DNA of 64,000 nucleotides from Candidatus Thorarchaeota archaeon (GTDB lineage Archaea; Asgardarchaeota; Thorarchaeia; Thorarchaeales; Thorarchaeaceae): NCBI GenBank assembly GCA_029855935.1, contig JAGSHN010000027.1, positions 121,348 to 185,347 of the forward strand, read 5' to 3'. Shown piece by piece: positions 60,237 to 64,000 of this stretch (position 1 is its first letter; each line of letters starts with the position of its first letter). The notes under the pieces were generated by a model. It saw only the letters and a program-made list of their open reading frames with translations, ran no database searches and was not told where the DNA came from. The position numbers and the translations under genes were made by a program.

Positions 60237-61214
60237 TCAGAGCCACTTCTCAAGCGAGATCTGCTGCAGCCGGAAGGCCTTCCACAATGGCACAGCCTCA
60301 TCCGCCACCTCCTCGGCGAGCGACTGTCCAATCGCTGGCGTGAGAACACGGACCAGACGCGGGCGCAGTGGATACCTCGGTGCAATATCGAGCCCTCGGA
60401 CATCAATAGTGTCCACCTCGTCAAAGACACGCCGTGCCTCCAAGAACGGCTTGCGTTCCGCGGCGTTTAGGCCTCTTGAACGAAGAGCGTTCTCAAGGTC
60501 GCCGTGTCTGCGAAGCAGGGCCATCCCGTGATGAGGACCGACGCCTCTGAGTCCGTCGTGAAAGTCGCATCCCATCAGTATGGCAAGATCACGCAGCTGA
60601 CAGAGAGTGAGGCCCGTGACCCTTAGTGTGTCAGAGAGCGTCGTCCTGAGGATCTGACCGCTGTACAGTGCCAGCTGGCGTGTGAGGTGAGGGGTACCGA
60701 ACAGGAGGGCATCCGCGTCATTAGATACGACAGTGAGCACGCGACCGGCGCGACAGAGAGCAGCTGCGAGAAGCTCAGCCTCCGATGGAGCAACCACCGT
60801 CGGTATCCCAAAGGCCGCTGCAATGTCTCTGACGTGGGCCAATGCGAAGTAGCCATAGAGTGCAGGGCTCTCCTTCAGCCGACCGGCAAGCACGGGGTCC
60901 TCGGGATCCTTGTCCCTCTGGAACCTCTCATAGAGGCCATTGGCCTCGCGTATCAGATCAGGATTTGGTGCCCGTTTCAATACCTCCGGTGGCCCATCGA
61001 ACACCAAGACAGGAAGGACGTGCCTGCGCAGAGTCGCACGGATGATGTTCAGAATCACCCTGACATGTGAGGTCGGTACTCTCTCACTGCCACGCCGAGG
61101 TATCGCCAACATCCGTCTCAGTAGGTAGTTGGGAGTGTCGACCGCAATTGCGCCTGCAATCTCAGAGACATCGGACCACAGCCACGGAACAAAGTTGAAA
61201 CGAGCAACACCCAA
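60237..61214 (-). CDS. FEN1/XPG-family flap endonuclease-like nuclease with PIP box
   Basis: MGV start, VDTPN, VFDG, SEAE, SNDADALLFG, GCDF + H3TH GVGP, C-terminal QISLEKWL. Confidence 0.88.
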   Translation of the reverse strand: MGVARFNFVPWLWSDVSEIAGAIAVDTPNYLLRRMLAIPRRGSERVPTSHVRVILNIIRATLRRHVLPVLVFDGPPEVLKRAPNPDLIREANGLYERFQRDKDPEDPVLAGRLKESPALYGYFALAHVRDIAAAFGIPTVVAPSEAELLAAALCRAGRVLTVVSNDADALLFGTPHLTRQLALYSGQILRTTLSDTLRVTGLTLCQLRDLAILMGCDFHDGLRGVGPHHGMALLRRHGDLENALRSRGLNAAERKPFLEARRVFDEVDTIDVRGLDIAPRYPLRPRLVRVLTPAIGQSLAEEVADEAVPLWKAFRLQQISLEKWL

Positions 61215-61217
61215 GGC

Positions 61218-61948
61218 TCACTCACCAATCCCTATCTCAAAGATCCCGGAGGAGGTAACGCGAATCACAACGGCCTCGTGGGACACGCCGAAGGAGGACT
61301 TCTCGACCGCAAGGCGAACGAGGCCGCCGCTCTGCGACACCCTCACTGCACTCACAATCGTGTCGACGGCGTGGGCAAGGGTCAGCCCACCGAGGGGTAG
61401 AAGTGTCCTGTTCGACCAGTCGACCACACTGTGGTCCAACAACAGGAGGTGGACGGCCGAGCTGGAGACATCGGACCTGACACGTGAAATGGCGTCAAAC
61501 AGCTGGCGCTGACGCGTGCGCGTCGCCGGAGTTGTGCTCAGATTCAGGACTCCTGCCAGACTGTCAACGACTATGAGTGCAACATCGTCCCTTTGACAAC
61601 CGCGGGTCACCAGCTCCTCAAAGTCTGACAGCGACAGCACCCGTCCGATGGCCATCCTACTCAACAGGTCGTCAGATTGGAGGTCAGATGGCGCTATTCG
61701 TCGCACCAGTCTCGGAGAGAAGCTGAGTCCCGAGTCGAGATAGATGACGGTGGAGGGCCTTGCCGCAGCGGCAACGGCGATGTGGTGAGCGAGGACTGAG
61801 AGAATAGCACGCGAGTCGCCGTGTAGCACACTGATCTCGCCTGGGACGAGCAGACGACCCAGAAAGCGGTCGAGCAACGGTGGCTCGAGCGTGATGCGCG
61901 GACCGAGGTCTTCGGCAATCTCTGTGAGTGGAACCCTCTCAATATCAT
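61218..61948 (-). CDS. RecA/Rad51-paralog with degenerate Walker A; start anomalous (possible frameshift)
   Basis: LDRFLG..PGEISVLHGDSRAILS, IYLDSG, LIVVDSLAG, GGLTLAHAVD. The ATG at 61948 is out of frame with the body. Confidence 0.75.
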
Positions 61949-62847
61949 CTCTCAGTGAGAAACACCTCCATCGACTGTCCCTGCCGTAGCGCTTCGGAGA
62001 TGCGTAGGGCTGGGACCTCCAGAGCCAACGACGGCGCAGCGACATCAACCGGAACAGCCACAACAGCCATCGAGGAGGATACGGAAACGATGCTACCCGC
62101 GGGACGCGCCTCAAGCACACTCGACACAAACTGAGGATCACCAGACACGACATAACTCCCACTTGGTCCCCCAGTCCGTAGCACGGGCAGCTCCCACAGT
62201 ATCGCTCTCAGATCAGGCGGACAACCAAAGACCCCGGGCTGACGGGAGAGGATGTCGGCTCGGCTGGAGAGAACTGCGACAAAGTTCTCGGCCGTCACAA
62301 TGGTCAGTGGCACTAGGTCATCCTCTTCAAGTAGCGCAGGGAGGACTGCAGCATCGTCGCTCTGCACTAGAACTATTCGCCGTCCAACCCCCGTGTGAAC
62401 TGGTCCATCCTTGACCCGGGAGGAACGAACTCTCTGTACCGACTGTCTGCCGAACAGTGTAAGCGAGCGAAGCCCACGAGATATTCCATCGGGTCCAGCC
62501 CTGCTCACCATCCGCAACAGCGCAAGCGTGAGAAACATTCCTCCGAGGGCAGGGAGGGCCCCCATATCGAGGAGAATGAAGAAGACCAGCAATGACACGT
62601 ATAGACTGCTCACAGTGGCGATGACCCCGACAACTCTCTGAAGCCTCGGCCTCATAGAGAGTGTGCCAGACATCAGCGTGAGAACGAAGATGGGAACGGC
62701 AGTCAAGATGAACGGGCCCCATGCCCCGACACGAGCAGACAGGGCGACCACCGTGAGCCAGCGGAAGAGTGGTATGCCCACCACAAGGAACACGACCACA
62801 GCAACCGTCAGTCTGACGATCTGCCGAATAGGTAGTCCAAGCAGTAT
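61945..62847 (-). CDS. Membrane protein (about 4 TM) with soluble C-terminal domain
   Basis: Hydrophobic N-terminus. Frame open from 62847, directly after the upstream TAG; first canonical start is GTG 62799. Confidence 0.6.
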   Translation of the reverse strand: MLLGLPIRQIVRLTVAVVVFLVVGIPLFRWLTVVALSARVGAWGPFILTAVPIFVLTLMSGTLSMRPRLQRVVGVIATVSSLYVSLLVFFILLDMGALPALGGMFLTLALLRMVSRAGPDGISRGLRSLTLFGRQSVQRVRSSRVKDGPVHTGVGRRIVLVQSDDAAVLPALLEEDDLVPLTIVTAENFVAVLSSRADILSRQPGVFGCPPDLRAILWELPVLRTGGPSGSYVVSGDPQFVSSVLEARPAGSIVSVSSSMAVVAVPVDVAAPSLALEVPALRISEALRQGQSMEVFLTER

Positions 62848-63519
62848 CTACACCCCCTGGAAAGGTTCGTGCGGACGCATCAACTCAATCTCGAAATAGC
62901 TCCCGGCCGTGTGGTGCAGCCGCGCAATTGTGCGCGTTGGCTTCCCGTCCTCACAGAGAAGAAGGTCGGACACCCCACGTCGGGAAGACCTTCGCATGAG
63001 TACGTCCCAGTCACAGTACCTCCGGATGACGCTGTGGTGAACTGCATCCACAAGACTCTCCTTGACCAGCCTACTCTCACTGATCACTATGATGTTGGTC
63101 CCGCGGGACAACCTGACAGCGGCCAAGAGAGGCATAGTCTCCTCTAGCATCTCTCGTCCCCACATCACAGGGTCATTCCGGGCCATATCGAGGACGCGAG
63201 TGACCGGGTCGATGACCACAAGCTCTGTGTCAGGACCCAGGCTATGAGGCAATGCCCTCACCCACTTCACCGCCCTGCCGTGGTCCGATGTTACCGAGAC
63301 CGCCACATGCGATGGATCTCCGCCGTGACGCGCAACGGCTGCCTGGAGAAGACGCACGGAGGCTCGCTTTCCGTCTAGTGAGTACCACTCGACCAGCCCT
63401 CGACGTGATGCCGCAGCTGCCACAGCACAGGCAAAGATTGTCTTTCCTGTTGCTGGGAGCCCCCAGACGTGAACAAGGCCCTCCAAGCCCATCTGATCGA
63501 GCGACACCGCAGAGACCAT
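62848..63519 (-). CDS. RadB-like RecA-superfamily ATPase
   Basis: WGLPATGKT (Walker A), YSLDGK, LVVIDPVT (Walker B). ATG at 63519. Confidence 0.8.
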   Translation of the reverse strand: MVSAVSLDQMGLEGLVHVWGLPATGKTIFACAVAAAASRRGLVEWYSLDGKRASVRLLQAAVARHGGDPSHVAVSVTSDHGRAVKWVRALPHSLGPDTELVVIDPVTRVLDMARNDPVMWGREMLEETMPLLAAVRLSRGTNIIVISESRLVKESLVDAVHHSVIRRYCDWDVLMRRSSRRGVSDLLLCEDGKPTRTIARLHHTAGSYFEIELMRPHEPFQGV

Positions 63520-63523
63520 CCCA

Positions 63524-64000
63524 TCATCCCCCTTCCCGTTTTCTCGTCTCGTTCTTCTCCCGCCCCGGTTCTGAAGACACGGAATTGGCTGCCGCCACAC
63601 TCTCAGACGGGCTGTCCGAGCCGAGCATTCGAAGCACAGCGAGTTCCTCCTCGGTCTGTACGCTGTCCCTCTCCGTGCCAAGAGATGACCCTGAGATCGA
63701 CTCCTCTGAGTCCGTATCATCGGCAGGTGTCTCCTCACCAAGCTCGCGAGAGAGTCTCTGAGCAGTGTATTCCATTGCCCACGCGTTCAGTATGTCGTCG
63801 ACCTCTTCCTTCGCGTCCGGTCCGAGGACACCCATATCAAATAGCGCGTTGGCGAGAGTACCGAGATGCTCAGCAATCTCATCCTCTCCGATGTCTTCAC
63901 TCAGTGAGGCGGATGTCAGTGCCACGTATGCGTGTGCCAGCTGGGCGCGGTCGAAGTGGGGGACAAGCACATCGAAGAGCCCGAGGAAGACGCCCAGTCC
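63524..64000 (-). CDS. Hypothetical helical protein with acidic low-complexity tail, 5'-truncated by the window edge
   Basis: Reading frame open to the window edge; stop 4 nt before the RadB-like ATG. Confidence 0.6.
   Translation of the reverse strand, partial: GLGVFLGLFDVLVPHFDRAQLAHAYVALTSASLSEDIGEDEIAEHLGTLANALFDMGVLGPDAKEEVDDILNAWAMEYTAQRLSRELGEETPADDTDSEESISGSSLGTERDSVQTEEELAVLRMLGSDSPSESVAAANSVSSEPGREKNETRKREGG

Overview
A gene-dense, GC-rich prokaryotic window. TATA-like boxes, T-tract terminators, a PIP-box FEN1 homologue, a TM+longin-like protein and large tandem-HTH proteins point to an archaeon, most likely Asgard (Thorarchaeia-like); this is inference, not a database result. Bases 1-47,000 are mostly housekeeping, peptide uptake and redox genes: an ABC-2 exporter with ArsR, FdhD-like, carbamate kinase, a secreted metacaspase, MFS transporters, M48/M20/M23 peptidases, bacterial-type ThrRS and GAPDH, a citrate synthase-like gene with an internal TGA, an Opp/Dpp system with extra ATPases, an orphan DNA methyltransferase, an atypical transcarbamylase, FprA, rubrerythrin and rubredoxin. 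The most unusual part is 47,000-64,000. It starts with a stand-alone 57-aa peptide gene built from four alternating Pro-rich, Trp-terminated cores (A-B-A-B, E/K-A spacers, purifying-selection signature) with its own operator-like palindrome, TATA-like box and terminator. This is followed by two ~650-aa tandem wHTH/Lrp-like proteins bracketing a 2671-aa alpha/alpha-barrel + Ig-repeat surface protein and a catalytically dead zincin-like membrane protein, then an operon with two RecA/Rad51 paralogs, a membrane protein and a FEN1-like nuclease. No rRNA, tRNA, CRISPR array or transposase was found. All family calls come from motifs read by eye.
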